DNA from: an uncultured Alphaproteobacteria bacterium | GTDB lineage: Bacteria; Pseudomonadota; Alphaproteobacteria; HIMB59; GCA-002718135 | Assembly: GCA_902585605.1 (NCBI GenBank) | Contig: CACIED010000001.1 | Location: 469,573-533,572, forward strand | DNA: 64,000 bases | Reading direction: 5' to 3' | In this document: positions 10,232 through 21,096 of the stretch, one piece after another | Numbering within the stretch: position 1 is the stretch's first letter | Layout: every line of letters begins with the position of its first letter | Notes under the pieces: model-generated | Told to the model about the DNA's origin: nothing | The model's input: only the letters and a program-made list of their open reading frames with translations | Database searches by the model: none | Translations under genes and position numbers: made by a program

Positions 10232-10597
10232 ATGGATACGCAGAGGCAAATTAGATTTGGCGAGTTAATAAGGTCATTATTAAGTGATTGTTTACTAAAA
10301 GAAGATTTTTTTGACGAAAATATCAATTCTACATCTATTACAATATCATTTGTTAGAATGTCTAAGGATTTAAAAATTGCAAATGTATACTTTATGCCTC
10401 TTGGAGGTAAAGACAAATCAGAAATTTTAGATATTTTGAAGGATAGAAAATATATTTTTCAGAAGTTTCTTTCGAAAGCAAAAATTAATTCAAAATTTAC
10501 TCCAAGACTCTCTTTTTATTTAGATGATACATTTGACGAGGCAGAAAAAATTGAAAACCTTTTATTAAATAAAAATGTCTTAAGAGATATTAAGTAA
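10232..10597 (+). CDS. rbfA: ribosome-binding factor A
   Basis: 121 aa with RbfA-like N-terminus (QRQIRFGELIRSLLS). Conserved position between infB and truB. Confidence 0.85.
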   Translation: MDTQRQIRFGELIRSLLSDCLLKEDFFDENINSTSITISFVRMSKDLKIANVYFMPLGGKDKSEILDILKDRKYIFQKFLSKAKINSKFTPRLSFYLDDTFDEAEKIENLLLNKNVLRDIK

Positions 10598-11502
10598 TGA
10601 TTTCAAAACAAGGTTGGATAAATTTATACAAACCCAAAAATATTACATCTTTTAAAGCCATTAATTCAATAAAAAAAAAATTTTCAATTAATAAAATTGG
10701 TCATGCGGGTACTTTAGATCCTATGGCAGAAGGTGTGTTACCAATAGCTATAGGAAAAGCAACAAAACTAATTCCATATATCAGCAATATGAACAAAGAA
10801 TATGAGTTTACAGTAACTTGGGGCATTCAAACAGCAACAGATGATGCAGAGGGTGAAATTTTATTTGAATCAAGTTACCTCCCTAAAAGAAAAGAAATAG
10901 AAAAAAAAATTATTAATTATATTGGTTTTATAAGTCAGATACCCCCAAAAGTTTCAGCAGTTAAAATTAATGGTAAAAGAGCTTATAAATTATTTAGAGA
11001 AAATAAAAAATTTACGATTCAACCAAAAAAAGTTTTTATCGAAGATCTGTGTATTACTGATCACAGTATTAACAAAACGTCATTTAAAATTTTATGCGGT
11101 CAGGGCTTTTATGTTAGAAGTCTAGCTCGTGATTTAGCTATAGATCTTAAAACATATGGACACATTTCTTCATTGAAAAGGTTAAAAGTAGGTAAATTCA
11201 TTGAAAAAAATTCGATTTTACTGGACGATCTTCTAAAAATAGGACAAATGCACGAAGAAATTAATTGTATCTCCACTACAATTTCTATGCTGGACGACAT
11301 CTTGGCTTATGAAATTGAAGAAAAATTAGATATTGAAAATTTATCTTTTGGAAGATCTATTAAAATTGATGAAAGAAAAGTTATAAATCCTTCGTCAATA
11401 AACTTAGATAAAAAAAATATTTTTTTATTTAAGAAAGGAGACATTGTCTCAATAGGCAAATTAGATGGTAATTTGTTTAAACCAAATAAAATATTAATAT
11501 AG
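10597..11502 (+). CDS. truB: tRNA pseudouridine55 synthase
   Basis: Catalytic motif [16 protein letters not shown] and synteny. Confidence 0.95.
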   Translation: MISKQGWINLYKPKNITSFKAINSIKKKFSINKIGHAGTLDPMAEGVLPIAIGKATKLIPYISNMNKEYEFTVTWGIQTATDDAEGEILFESSYLPKRKEIEKKIINYIGFISQIPPKVSAVKINGKRAYKLFRENKKFTIQPKKVFIEDLCITDHSINKTSFKILCGQGFYVRSLARDLAIDLKTYGHISSLKRLKVGKFIEKNSILLDDLLKIGQMHEEINCISTTISMLDDILAYEIEEKLDIENLSFGRSIKIDERKVINPSSINLDKKNIFLFKKGDIVSIGKLDGNLFKPNKILI

Positions 11503-11510
11503 GAGAACCG

Positions 11511-11780
11511 ATGTCGATAACAAAAGAAAATAAAAAAAATCTTATTAATGAATTTTCTAAAAATGAAAAAGATACTGGATCAGCAGGTGTTCAGATAGCA
11601 GTTTTATCAGAAAGAATAAAAAATTTAACTGAACATTTTAAGACTCACAATAAAGACAATCATTCAAAAAGAGGACTAGTATCATTAGTTAATAAAAGAA
11701 AAAAATTATTAAACTACTTATCTAAAAAAAATAAATCTGAATATTCAGATTTAATTAAAAAATTAAATATTAGAGGTTAA
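11511..11780 (+). CDS. rpsO: 30S ribosomal protein S15
   Basis: 89 aa with [11 protein letters not shown] motif. GGAG Shine-Dalgarno 8 nt upstream. rpsO-pnp pair. Confidence 0.95.
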   Translation: MSITKENKKNLINEFSKNEKDTGSAGVQIAVLSERIKNLTEHFKTHNKDNHSKRGLVSLVNKRKKLLNYLSKKNKSEYSDLIKKLNIRG

Positions 11781-11802
11781 AAAAAGAGGATAAATAAAAA
11801 TT

Positions 11803-13896
11803 ATGTTTGATGTGAAAAATGTAGAAATTGAATGGGCTGGAAGAACACTTAAATTAGAAACTGGAAAAATAGCAAGACAAGCTGACTCAACAGTTATAGC
11901 CACTTATGGTGGTACGACAGTTATGTGTAATGTAGTTGCTGCAAAAGAAGCAAATCCTGATATGGATTTTTTCCCCTTAACAGTAAATTATCAAGAAAAA
12001 TATTATTCTGTAGGAAAAATACCTGGTGGTTTTTTTAAAAGAGAGGCTAGACCAACTGAAAAAGAAACATTAGTTTCTCGATTAATTGATAGGCCAGTTA
12101 GACCTTTATTTCATAAAGATTTTAAAAATGAGACCCAAGTTACTTGTACTGTATTATCTCATGATCAAGAAAATGACTCAGATGTTGTAGCAATGGTAGC
12201 AGCAAGTGCTGCATTAACTTTATCTGGTTTGCCATTTTTAGGACCACTCGGAGCAATAAAGATTGGTTTTATAGACGAAGAGTTTGTTGTTAACCCGAGT
12301 AAGAGTCAATTATCAAATTCTAAACTAGAATTAGTATTGGCAGGGACTAAGGAAGGTGTACTAATGATCGAGTCTGAAGCTCACGAGCTTTCAGAAAAAC
12401 AAATGTTAGATGCAGTAGTTCTTGGTCAAGAAAATTATAAAACAGTGATTGAAGCAATAATTTCCTTAGCTAAAAAAGCTGCAAAAGAACCTTGGGAACT
12501 TAAAGAAAAAGATGTAGAAATTAAAAATCTACCATCTAAGATCAACGAAGACTTTGGTAAAAATTTTATAGATGCTTATAAAATAACTGAAAAACAAAAA
12601 AGATCAGAAAAATTATCTTCGTTACGAAATGAAATTTCTGAAAAATTTGTAAGTGAAACACTCTCATCAGTATTGGTTTCAGATGCAATAAAAAATGTAG
12701 AAAAAGATATAGTTAGAGGAGAACTGATTAATTCTGGTAATAGAATTGATGGAAGAGATACAAAAACAGTCCGTCCAATTGTGTGTGAAACTGGAGTTTT
12801 AGAAAGGACTCACGGGTCTGCTTTATTTACAAGAGGAGAAACACAAGCTCTTGTAGTTTCAACTTTGGGAACTGGACAAGACGAGCAAAGAATAGATGCA
12901 ATTGATGGTGAATATACAGAGAATTTTATGCTTCATTACAATTTTCCACCTTACTCTGTTGGAGAAGTTGGAAGAATAGGTTCTACAAGTAGAAGAGAAA
13001 TAGGACATGGAAAATTAGCCTGGAGAGCTATTCACCCAATGTTACCTTCAAAAGAAAAGTTTCCTTACACTTATAGAGTTGTATCTGAAATTACAGAATC
13101 TAATGGCTCTAGCTCTATGGCAACTGTTTGTGGTACCTCAATGTCTTTAATGGATGCAGGAGTGCCTTTAGAAAGACCAGTAGCAGGTATCGCGATGGGC
13201 TTAATTAAAGAGAATGATAAATATGTAATATTATCAGACATACTTGGTGATGAAGATCATCTTGGTGATATGGATTTTAAAGTTGCAGGAACTTCTGAAG
13301 GAATAACTTCATTACAAATGGATATTAAAATAACTAGTATCACAGCTGAAATTATGAAAGAAGCACTAGCCCAAGCTAAAGATGGACGCTTCCATATACT
13401 TGGTGAAATGGCTAAAGCAATTGATAAACCTAATCAATCGATTTCTCAATACGCACCAACAATAACTAATCTACAAATAAACAAAGATAAAATTAGAGAA
13501 GTTATTGGTAAAGGAGGAGCAGTTATTAGAGAGATATCTGAAACAACTGGAGCTAAAATTGAAATCAATGATGAAGGTTTAGTGAGTATTGCAGCTGTAG
13601 ATCAAAAATCTGGAAATGATGCATTAGAATGGATCAAAGGTATTGTCGAAGAGCCAGAGATTGGTAAAATTTATGATGGTAAAGTTATAAAGATAATGGA
13701 CTTTGGTGCTTTTGTTAATTTCATGGGATCTACAGATGGACTAGTTCATATTAGTCAATTAAAAAATGAAAGAGTAGAGAAAGTTGAAGATGTTATTAGT
13801 GAAGGAGATATCGTTAAAGTAAAAGTGTTGGATATCGACTCAAGAGGAAAAATAAAACTTTCTATGAAAGCAGTTGACGCAGAAGAAAACGTTTAA
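11803..13896 (+). CDS. pnp: polyribonucleotide nucleotidyltransferase (PNPase)
   Basis: Two RNase PH domains ([15 protein letters not shown]; [11 protein letters not shown]), then KH ([15 protein letters not shown]) and S1 ([18 protein letters not shown]). 697 aa. Confidence 0.97.
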   Translation: MFDVKNVEIEWAGRTLKLETGKIARQADSTVIATYGGTTVMCNVVAAKEANPDMDFFPLTVNYQEKYYSVGKIPGGFFKREARPTEKETLVSRLIDRPVRPLFHKDFKNETQVTCTVLSHDQENDSDVVAMVAASAALTLSGLPFLGPLGAIKIGFIDEEFVVNPSKSQLSNSKLELVLAGTKEGVLMIESEAHELSEKQMLDAVVLGQENYKTVIEAIISLAKKAAKEPWELKEKDVEIKNLPSKINEDFGKNFIDAYKITEKQKRSEKLSSLRNEISEKFVSETLSSVLVSDAIKNVEKDIVRGELINSGNRIDGRDTKTVRPIVCETGVLERTHGSALFTRGETQALVVSTLGTGQDEQRIDAIDGEYTENFMLHYNFPPYSVGEVGRIGSTSRREIGHGKLAWRAIHPMLPSKEKFPYTYRVVSEITESNGSSSMATVCGTSMSLMDAGVPLERPVAGIAMGLIKENDKYVILSDILGDEDHLGDMDFKVAGTSEGITSLQMDIKITSITAEIMKEALAQAKDGRFHILGEMAKAIDKPNQSISQYAPTITNLQINKDKIREVIGKGGAVIREISETTGAKIEINDEGLVSIAAVDQKSGNDALEWIKGIVEEPEIGKIYDGKVIKIMDFGAFVNFMGSTDGLVHISQLKNERVEKVEDVISEGDIVKVKVLDIDSRGKIKLSMKAVDAEENV

Positions 13897-14629
13897 ATTA
13901 CCTAAATTAATTGGGCACAGAGGTGTAAAAGATCTGTGTCCAGAAAACACTTTAGAATCTATTTCAAAGGCATTCGATTTAGGTTTAAGTTTTGTAGAAA
14001 TAGATGTTAAGATTTCTAAAGACAGAGTTCCAATTTTATTACATGATGACACACTTGATAGAACTACTAATGGAAGTGGGCTTGCAATTGATTATGATTA
14101 TGGAAACATAAAAAAACTTGATGCGGGAAAATTTTTTTATAATGAAAATACAAATATTTTTGTTCCAAAGTTAGAAGACATTCTTAGTTTGTGTACAAAT
14201 TATAATGGTAATTTAAATATCGAATTAAAACCCAATAAAAATTTTGAAAAAGAAAATGTTTATCAAATATATAAAATTATAAAAAATATTAATCAAATAG
14301 ATATTTTTTTCTCCTCATTTGATGTGATTTCTATTTTAGAAATTTCAAAACTTTACCCTCAATCTATGCGTAGTTTTTTATTAGATGATTTTAAAGAATA
14401 TAATATTGATGATTTGATTAGTATATCAATAAATCATGATTTAAAAATTTGTGGATTAAATATAGATCTTGTTACTACTGATATTATAAAAAAAATTAAA
14501 GGATCTAATATGGAAATTACTGTTTATTCAGATAAAAATATAAATTTATCTAGCGCTAATGATATTTTCTCCATAGGTGTTGATAGTATTTTTGTTGATA
14601 ATCCTTTAGATTTATTAGGAAAATTTTAG
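13874..14629 (+). CDS. ugpQ: cytoplasmic glycerophosphodiester phosphodiesterase (GDPD family)
   Basis: GDPD motifs GHRG...ENT and EIDV...D. No signal peptide. The ORF start overlaps the pnp 3' end by 23 nt, so the true start may be slightly downstream. Confidence 0.75.
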   Translation: MTQKKTFKLPKLIGHRGVKDLCPENTLESISKAFDLGLSFVEIDVKISKDRVPILLHDDTLDRTTNGSGLAIDYDYGNIKKLDAGKFFYNENTNIFVPKLEDILSLCTNYNGNLNIELKPNKNFEKENVYQIYKIIKNINQIDIFFSSFDVISILEISKLYPQSMRSFLLDDFKEYNIDDLISISINHDLKICGLNIDLVTTDIIKKIKGSNMEITVYSDKNINLSSANDIFSIGVDSIFVDNPLDLLGKF

Positions 14630-15399
14630 AGCTTATTGGGCATTCCAATAATATTGTAACCACAGTCAACATAATGTACTTCACCAGTAACTGCAGAAGA
14701 TAAATCACTAACAAAGTATAAAGCAGATTTACCAATTTCATCTAGTTTTGCATTTCGTTTCAATGCTGAATGTTCTTCTGTAAATTTAAACACCTCCCTA
14801 GCATTATTTATTGCTGCACCAGCAATTGTTCTCATAGGTCCTGCTGAGATTGCATTAACACGAATATTTTTTGTGCCTAAATCTGCACTTAAGTATTTTA
14901 CACTTGTTTCCAAAGCGGCTTTAGCAATTCCCATTAAATTGTAATTTGGAATTACTTTATTTGACCCGTAAAAAGTAAGGGTGAGAATACTTCCTCCATC
15001 ATTCATGATAGGTTCAAAATTTCTTGCAAGACTAGTTAAAGAAAAACATGATATTTCCAAACAATTAATAAAATTATCCTTGGTAGTGTTAACATATCTA
15101 CCATTTAACTCTGACTTATCTGCAAATGCAACAGCATGAATTATAAAATCAATTGTGCCCCATTCTTTTTTTATAATTTCTACAGATTTGTTTATTGAGT
15201 CATCATTATTAAAATCACATTCTATTAATATTTTTGAATTAATTTCTTCAGAAAGTGGTTTCACTCTCTTCAATAATATTTCATTTTGATAACCAATGGC
15301 TATTTCAGCATCATTTTCAGCTAGTTGTTTTGCTATTCCCCATGCAATTGAATGATTATTTGCAATACCAAATACTAAACCTTTTTTATTTTTAAGCAT
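14626..15399 (-). CDS. fabI: enoyl-ACP reductase (NADH)
   Basis: N-terminus [17 protein letters not shown] and SDR Y/K region (MGIAKAALE). fabA-fabB-fabI cluster. Confidence 0.93.
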   Translation of the reverse strand: MLKNKKGLVFGIANNHSIAWGIAKQLAENDAEIAIGYQNEILLKRVKPLSEEINSKILIECDFNNDDSINKSVEIIKKEWGTIDFIIHAVAFADKSELNGRYVNTTKDNFINCLEISCFSLTSLARNFEPIMNDGGSILTLTFYGSNKVIPNYNLMGIAKAALETSVKYLSADLGTKNIRVNAISAGPMRTIAGAAINNAREVFKFTEEHSALKRNAKLDEIGKSALYFVSDLSSAVTGEVHYVDCGYNIIGMPNKL

Positions 15400-16609
15400 G
15401 ATATTTTGAAAATACTAATGTTGCATTTGTACCGCCAAAACCAAAACTATTCGACATAACTTGCTCAATTTCAACGTCATTTTCCGTTTTTAAAAGAATA
15501 TTACAATCTTTGGCACTATCATCGAGATTTTCAATATTAGCAGAACCACTAATAAAATTATTTTTCATCATCAATAAACTATAAATTGCTTCATGCACAC
15601 CAGTTGCTCCTAAAGAATGACCAGTCAAAGATTTTGTTGAGCTCATTTTAGGAATATTGGAACCAAAAACATTCTTGATTGCTTCCAATTCTTTTACATC
15701 TCCTATTGGGGTGCTTGTTCCATGTGTATTTATATAATCAATTTTACCATCAATATTATTTAATGCTTGCTTCATGCATCTTTCTGCTCCTTCTCCAGAA
15801 GGCTGTACCATATCATATCCATCTGAGGTTGCTCCATATCCTGTTATTTCACCATATATTTTAGCACCTCTAGCTTTTGCATGCTCTAATTCTTCAAGTA
15901 CTAAAGTTCCACCTCCACCAGCAATTACAAAACCATCTCTATCTGCATCATATGCCCTTGAAGATTTTTTTGGAGTAGAATTATATTTTGATGACAAAGC
16001 ACCCATTGCATCAAATAAAATTGATAAAGTCCAATGTAGTTCTTCACCCCCTCCGGCAAAAACAATGTTTTGTTTTCCCATTTGAATTAGTTCGTACGCA
16101 TTACCAATACAATGTGAACTTGTAGAACATGCTGAAGTAATTGAATAGTTAACTCCTTTAATTTTAAAAGGAGTTGCAAGAGTTGCAGAATTTGTACTAG
16201 ACATTGCTCTTGGCACCATAAATGGTCCAATTTTTTTTGAACCCGAACTCTTCCCAATTTCAGAAGACTTAAATAAATTTTGTGTAGATGGACCACCTGA
16301 ACCAACAATTATACCAGTCATTTCATTTGAGATATCACTATCCTCCAGCCCTGAGTCGTCTATAGCATCTTTCATCGCAATATAGTTGTAGGCAGCTCCA
16401 TCACCCATAAACCTTAGTAATCTTCTATCAATTTCGTTACTAATATCTATATTTGGTTTACCGTGTACAAGACTTCTAAAAGAAAACTCCTCATACTCTT
16501 CTGCACTTGTTATCCCAGATTTCAAATTTTTAAGACTGTCTATAACATCCGATTGATTATTACCAATACATGATACTATACCTAAACCTGTTACTACTAC
16601 TCTATTCAT
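15392..16609 (-). CDS. fabB: 3-oxoacyl-ACP synthase I
   Basis: KAS fold with active-site Cys context [15 protein letters not shown], His motifs ([16 protein letters not shown]) and C-terminal [10 protein letters not shown]. Adjacent to fabA. Confidence 0.93.
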   Translation of the reverse strand: MNRVVVTGLGIVSCIGNNQSDVIDSLKNLKSGITSAEEYEEFSFRSLVHGKPNIDISNEIDRRLLRFMGDGAAYNYIAMKDAIDDSGLEDSDISNEMTGIIVGSGGPSTQNLFKSSEIGKSSGSKKIGPFMVPRAMSSTNSATLATPFKIKGVNYSITSACSTSSHCIGNAYELIQMGKQNIVFAGGGEELHWTLSILFDAMGALSSKYNSTPKKSSRAYDADRDGFVIAGGGGTLVLEELEHAKARGAKIYGEITGYGATSDGYDMVQPSGEGAERCMKQALNNIDGKIDYINTHGTSTPIGDVKELEAIKNVFGSNIPKMSSTKSLTGHSLGATGVHEAIYSLLMMKNNFISGSANIENLDDSAKDCNILLKTENDVEIEQVMSNSFGFGGTNATLVFSKYHA

Positions 16610-16612
16610 TAC

Positions 16613-17119
16613 TTATTTCTCAGGTGAAAATAAACCGACTTTCATATCTTTAGCTTCATAAATTGTTTCACCATCAGCTTTTAAAACACCATCTCCAACT
16701 CCTAAAATCAATTTTCTTAGTATAAGTCTTTTAAGAGATATATGATAAGTTACTTTTTTGACTTTTTGTAATACCTGACCGGTAAACTTAACTTCACCAA
16801 CTCCTAAAGCCCTACCCTTTCCTGGTTGACCAAGCCATCCTAAATAAAAACCGAGTAATTGCCACATAGCATCCAAACCTAAACAACCCGGCATTACTGG
16901 ATCATCTTTAAAATGACATTTAAAAAACCATAAGTCTTCTTTAATATCTAATTCCGCAATAACCTCACCTTTAGCGAATACTCCTCCATTCTCATTTATT
17001 GAAGTAATTCTGTCGAACATTAACATAGGAGGCATTGGAAGTTGTGCATTCCCTTTTCCAAAAAGAACACCTTTTGCACAATCAATTAATTGATCGTAGG
17101 TAAATGAATTTTGTTTCAT
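16613..17119 (-). CDS. fabA: 3-hydroxydecanoyl-ACP dehydratase/isomerase
   Basis: FabA active-site region [24 protein letters not shown]. 168 aa. Confidence 0.95.
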   Translation of the reverse strand: MKQNSFTYDQLIDCAKGVLFGKGNAQLPMPPMLMFDRITSINENGGVFAKGEVIAELDIKEDLWFFKCHFKDDPVMPGCLGLDAMWQLLGFYLGWLGQPGKGRALGVGEVKFTGQVLQKVKKVTYHISLKRLILRKLILGVGDGVLKADGETIYEAKDMKVGLFSPEK

Positions 17120-17158
17120 AATTTTAATTAAACTTTTTTTATGTATTTATCAATTAAC

Positions 17159-17911
17159 TTAAACTGATTTTAAATAACAATCATGTTTACTTTTAATAAC
17201 AATATTATCAATGCTTAATTTTTTTCCATCAGAAATTGTCATTATATTAGTTTCATCCTTTAAATTTAAATAGAAATTAATTATTTTTTGAGCAGCAATC
17301 AAACCTGCTAACCCTGCAGAAATGCCTGAAATACCCACTACATCACATCTGGGAAGATCAACATCATCTTTGTTAGGAAATATACAATTTAAACATAGAT
17401 GATTATTTTTATTTGAATTATTGAAAAGAATTATTTGTAAATCGTGTCTTAATGCAGAGGAATATAAAAAATTGATTGAGTTTTTGAGACAATATTCATT
17501 TAATAATTTAGAACTTACCCAATCATCAGTTGCATCAACAATTATAGAACATTCTTTTAAAGAATTTAAATTTAAAGAATTAATATTTTCATCAATAGTA
17601 TGAATTTTACATTCAGTATTGATTAATTGTAATTTATTTTTAGCTACATCAACTTTTTTTCTTCCAATATCATTTAAATTAAACAAAATTTGTCTATTAA
17701 GATTACTTTTTTCAACAATGTCTCCATCTACTATTAACAATTCTTTTATTCCAGAGTTGACTAAATATTGACTTAAAGGACATCCTATACCCCCCATACC
17801 TACAATACCAATTTTTATATTTGATAATTTTTTTAGGTTTTCTTCGGAAAATTCTTTTAAAATAAATAATCTACTGAAAATTTTATATTCTTCTTCAGAG
17901 TAATTATTCAT
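17159..17911 (-). CDS. ThiF/MoeB/HesA-family E1-like adenylyltransferase
   Basis: Rossmann GIVGMGGIGCPLSQYL, SNLNRQ motif, CLNC plus downstream Cys (LPRCDVVG). I cannot tell from sequence alone whether it acts in the thiamin, molybdopterin or another pathway. Confidence 0.75.
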   Translation of the reverse strand: MNNYSEEEYKIFSRLFILKEFSEENLKKLSNIKIGIVGMGGIGCPLSQYLVNSGIKELLIVDGDIVEKSNLNRQILFNLNDIGRKKVDVAKNKLQLINTECKIHTIDENINSLNLNSLKECSIIVDATDDWVSSKLLNEYCLKNSINFLYSSALRHDLQIILFNNSNKNNHLCLNCIFPNKDDVDLPRCDVVGISGISAGLAGLIAAQKIINFYLNLKDETNIMTISDGKKLSIDNIVIKSKHDCYLKSV

Positions 17912-17915
17912 AATT

Positions 17916-19085
17916 CTATATAGAATTATAAATTTGTTTTATAATTTGCTTTGCACAATTTACCTTTGTCATTTTCTTAAATTTTTTTATCTGGTTTTTT
18001 GTAATTATTGAAATCCGATTATAATCTGAACCAAAAACTTTATTTTTACTATCGATTTTATTATAAATCATCATATCACATTTTTTATCAACTAATTTTT
18101 TTTTGGCATTATCAATGCTCCCCGTTTCTGCAGCAAAACCAACTAAAAATTTAGGCCTTTGAGTTTTACTTTTTCCAATTTTTTCTAAAATATCAATATT
18201 CTTATAAAGACTAATATTTAATTTTTCATTTTTTTTAATCTTGGATTTATTTATATTTTTATTTTTGAAATCAGATACTGCAGCAGTAAAAATTCCTATA
18301 TCAATTTTAGAAATTTTTCTAATTTTTTGATACATTTCGTTTGCTGATTTAATTTGAATAAATTTTAAATTTGGTGGAGGATCTAAATTTGTTGGTCCAG
18401 ATATCAAGGTTACATCCGCTCCATATAAAACTAATTGTGAAGCAATTTCATAGCCTTGTTTTCCAGAAGATTGATTTGAAATAAACCTAACTGGATCAAT
18501 CATTTCAATTGTTGGTCCTGCAGTTACTAGGCATTTTTTATTTTTTAACAAATTAACATTTTCTAGTCTGTTTAAAATTCTATTTACTATATTTTTTGAG
18601 TTGTGAATTCTGCCTAAACCAAATTCTCCACACTTTAGTTTTCCAACTGTAGGACCAATAAACTCATGACCGTTACCTTTTAATAATCTTACATTTTTTT
18701 GATTAATTTTATTATGCCACATAAAACTATTCATTGCGGGGACAAACAAAATTTTTTTATTTGAGGCAAGCAACGTATTAGAAGCTAAATTATCTCCATA
18801 TCCATTAGCAAATTTTGCAATAGAATTAGCTGTAGCTGGACACACAACTATTATATCATTATCTCTTGATAAATTAATATGAAGCATCTTATTTTTTTTC
18901 TCATCTTCATCAGTAAATATTCTATTTTTAAGTAATTTTTTTATCTCTGATATTTTTACATATTTCTTTGCCTCTTTAGTTAGAATGCAGCTAATTTTAA
19001 CTTCATTAATATTCAGCAAAGCAAAAACTTCTTTACATCGAGATGCAGCAATAGAGCCAGTTATAATTAATAAAATTTTATTCAT
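17916..19085 (-). CDS. coaBC: bifunctional phosphopantothenoylcysteine decarboxylase / phosphopantothenate-cysteine ligase
   Basis: N-terminal flavoprotein domain (ILLIITGSIAA) and DFP domain (LVTAGPTIEMIDPVRFISNQSSGKQG). Confidence 0.9.
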   Translation of the reverse strand: MNKILLIITGSIAASRCKEVFALLNINEVKISCILTKEAKKYVKISEIKKLLKNRIFTDEDEKKNKMLHINLSRDNDIIVVCPATANSIAKFANGYGDNLASNTLLASNKKILFVPAMNSFMWHNKINQKNVRLLKGNGHEFIGPTVGKLKCGEFGLGRIHNSKNIVNRILNRLENVNLLKNKKCLVTAGPTIEMIDPVRFISNQSSGKQGYEIASQLVLYGADVTLISGPTNLDPPPNLKFIQIKSANEMYQKIRKISKIDIGIFTAAVSDFKNKNINKSKIKKNEKLNISLYKNIDILEKIGKSKTQRPKFLVGFAAETGSIDNAKKKLVDKKCDMMIYNKIDSKNKVFGSDYNRISIITKNQIKKFKKMTKVNCAKQIIKQIYNSI

Positions 19086-19816
19086 TACAGTTTATAGCCA
19101 GTATGTATTGCTACAATTCCATTAAATAGATTAATAGTTTCAACTTTAGTAAATCCGCAATTACATAGATTTTTGCTAAGTTCTTCTTGTGATGGAAACA
19201 AATCAATACTTTCACTCAAATATTTATAAGCATTCTTATCTTTAGCAATTATTTCTCCTAACAGAGGTAAAATCTTTGATTTGTAAATTTTATATGAACT
19301 TGATACCAAAGATGATTTAGGTGTACTAAATTCTAGGCAACAATATTTACCACCAGGTTTAAGAACTCTGTAAGCCTCTTTTATAGATAATAAATACTCT
19401 GTCACATTTCTCAAGCAGAAAGAAATAGTATATTTATCAAAAAAATTATTTTCAAAATTTAACTTTTCAGCATTACCAATAAAATATTTTATATTTTTTT
19501 CTTTTCTTAATCTTTTTCTTCCTTCTAATAACATTTCTTCATTTAGATCTAAAAGATAAAGACTGGTTGATAAATTTTCTTTTAAAATTTCGCTGGCAAT
19601 ATCACCAGAACCAGAACCAACATCCAAGATAATTTCATTTTCTTTTAGATTCACAGTTTCTACAAATCTTTTTTTCCATAAACGATGCATACCTAAACTC
19701 ATTAAATCATTCATAATATCGTAGTTTTGAGCTACGCTTGAAAATACATTCTGAACAAGTTTAGTCTTTTGTTTTGAATTTACTTTTGTATAACCAAAAT
19801 TATAATCTTTTTTCAT
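19085..19816 (-). CDS. ubiE: demethylmenaquinone/ubiquinone C-methyltransferase
   Basis: UbiE/MenG signature VFSSVAQNYDIMNDLMSLGMHRLWK and SAM motif LDVGSGSGD. Confidence 0.9.
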   Translation of the reverse strand: MKKDYNFGYTKVNSKQKTKLVQNVFSSVAQNYDIMNDLMSLGMHRLWKKRFVETVNLKENEIILDVGSGSGDIASEILKENLSTSLYLLDLNEEMLLEGRKRLRKEKNIKYFIGNAEKLNFENNFFDKYTISFCLRNVTEYLLSIKEAYRVLKPGGKYCCLEFSTPKSSLVSSSYKIYKSKILPLLGEIIAKDKNAYKYLSESIDLFPSQEELSKNLCNCGFTKVETINLFNGIVAIHTGYKL

Positions 19817-19817
19817 T

Positions 19818-20636
19818 ATGCCAGAATTACCTGAAGTTGAAACTACAGTTAAAGGACTTAGTGTAATATTGAATCAAAAAATATCTAATGTAAAAATTCA
19901 TACTTCAAAACTTCGTTTTAAAATTCCAAATAATATAATTAATATACTACGTTACTCCAAGATATCCAACCTAAGACGTATAGCAAAGTTCATAATCATA
20001 GATTTAGATACAGACTATTCCCTATTAATACACCTAGGAATGTCAGGAAGATTAAAAACTGTTAATAAAAGCTACAAACAAGTAAAACATGATCATTTTG
20101 TTATTTACTTTTTAAGTGGAATGATATTTGTTTATCATGACCCAAGGAAATTTGGGTTTGTTGACATAGTAAAAACAAAAGACCTACAAAAACAAAAGTA
20201 TATATCAAGTTTGGGTGTAGATGCACTGAGTACAAATCTTACAGCACAATTGATATTTGAAAAAATTTCAAAATCTGAGGTCCCAATAAAGCAGATTTTA
20301 CTAAATCAAAAATTAATTGCTGGTATAGGTAATATCTATGCATCGGAAATTCTATTTGATTCAAAAATTTCACCACTTACTTTGGGTAAGGATTTAGAAA
20401 TTAGTCTCATTATGAAACTAATTAAGTCCATTAGAAAAATTTTAAAGAAAGCAATTAAATATGGAGGATCGAGTATACGAGATTATAGGACTACTGACGG
20501 TACATTAGGAAACTTTCAGTCAAATTTTAAGGTTTATAATAAAGAAGGAAAAAAAATAGGTGGAGATAAGGTAAAAAAGATCATTCAATACGGAAGATCT
20601 ACTTTTTATTGTCCAAAACTTCAAAATAACAAGTAA
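19818..20636 (+). CDS. mutM: formamidopyrimidine-DNA glycosylase (Fpg/MutM) with a degenerate zinc finger
   Basis: N-terminal MPELPEVET and an H2TH region (GIGNIYASEILF). The C-terminal finger retains only 1 of the 4 canonical Cys (see findings). Confidence 0.92.
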   Translation: MPELPEVETTVKGLSVILNQKISNVKIHTSKLRFKIPNNIINILRYSKISNLRRIAKFIIIDLDTDYSLLIHLGMSGRLKTVNKSYKQVKHDHFVIYFLSGMIFVYHDPRKFGFVDIVKTKDLQKQKYISSLGVDALSTNLTAQLIFEKISKSEVPIKQILLNQKLIAGIGNIYASEILFDSKISPLTLGKDLEISLIMKLIKSIRKILKKAIKYGGSSIRDYRTTDGTLGNFQSNFKVYNKEGKKIGGDKVKKIIQYGRSTFYCPKLQNNK

Positions 20637-20654
20637 TTCTATATTAAATATTAA

Positions 20655-20682
20655 TTGACTTAATTTATTTTGAATTTATAGC
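20655..20682 (+). promoter_or_regulatory. candidate sigma70-type promoter for rpsT
   Basis: TTGACT (20655-20660), 16-nt spacer, TATAGC (20677-20682), 6 nt before the rpsT ATG region. AT-rich background makes this weak evidence. Confidence 0.3.
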
Positions 20683-20688
20683 ACGCAT

Positions 20689-20949
20689 ATGGCTAATCAT
20701 GCTTCAGCAAAAAAAAGATCTAGACAGAACAAAACTAGAAATACTGTTAATTCTCAATACCTATCTAAATTTAGAAACGCTCTAAATAAATTTAAATCAT
20801 CAGTAGAAGCAAAAAATGAGGAAGAAATCCAAAAATCTTTCAGCAATGTCAACTCAATAATGGCCAGAGCATCAAAAAAAGGTATTTTTAAAAAAGAATA
20901 CATATCCAGAAAGTTATCCTCTTTATCAAAACAAATTTCAAAAAAATAA
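20689..20949 (+). CDS. rpsT: 30S ribosomal protein S20
   Basis: 86 aa, N-terminus MANHASAKKRSRQNKTRN typical of S20. rpsT-dnaA adjacency as in other Alphaproteobacteria. Confidence 0.9.
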   Translation: MANHASAKKRSRQNKTRNTVNSQYLSKFRNALNKFKSSVEAKNEEEIQKSFSNVNSIMARASKKGIFKKEYISRKLSSLSKQISKK

Positions 20950-21001
20950 TTTTTTTTTAATTTTTTTCACTTTTCTTCTTGCTAAAAATACTTAAAGGGT
21001 G

Positions 21002-21096
21002 TTGATTAAGTAAATTAATTTGGTGATAGAATTTTACGACTTTAGATTTTTTGCGTAAAATTTTTTTAAGCTATAAAATCATCTTGTTGGGGGAAA
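21002..21096 (+). promoter_or_regulatory. candidate dnaA promoter (extended -10) and Shine-Dalgarno
   Basis: TTGATT (21002-21007) with a long 19-nt spacer, then TGaTAGAAT (TAGAAT at 21027-21032). GGGGGA at 21089-21094 lies just upstream of the ATG at 21097. Confidence 0.25.

Noticed and set aside
11503-11802. Expected autoregulatory leaders: the S15 pseudoknot upstream of rpsO and the RNase III hairpin upstream of pnp.
   Set aside because: The spacers are only 8 nt (truB-rpsO) and 22 nt (rpsO-pnp), and no structure can be drawn. The absence is noted but nothing positive can be reported.
20950-21096. Possible oriC in the rpsT-dnaA spacer next to dnaA-dnaN-recF-gyrB.
   Set aside because: I could not find a cluster of DnaA boxes (TTATCCACA/TGTGGATAA or close variants) in these 147 nt or in the other spacers. 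In many Alphaproteobacteria the origin is not adjacent to dnaA (it is hemE-linked in Caulobacter). AT-richness is uninformative in this genome. A GC-skew analysis of the whole chromosome would be needed.
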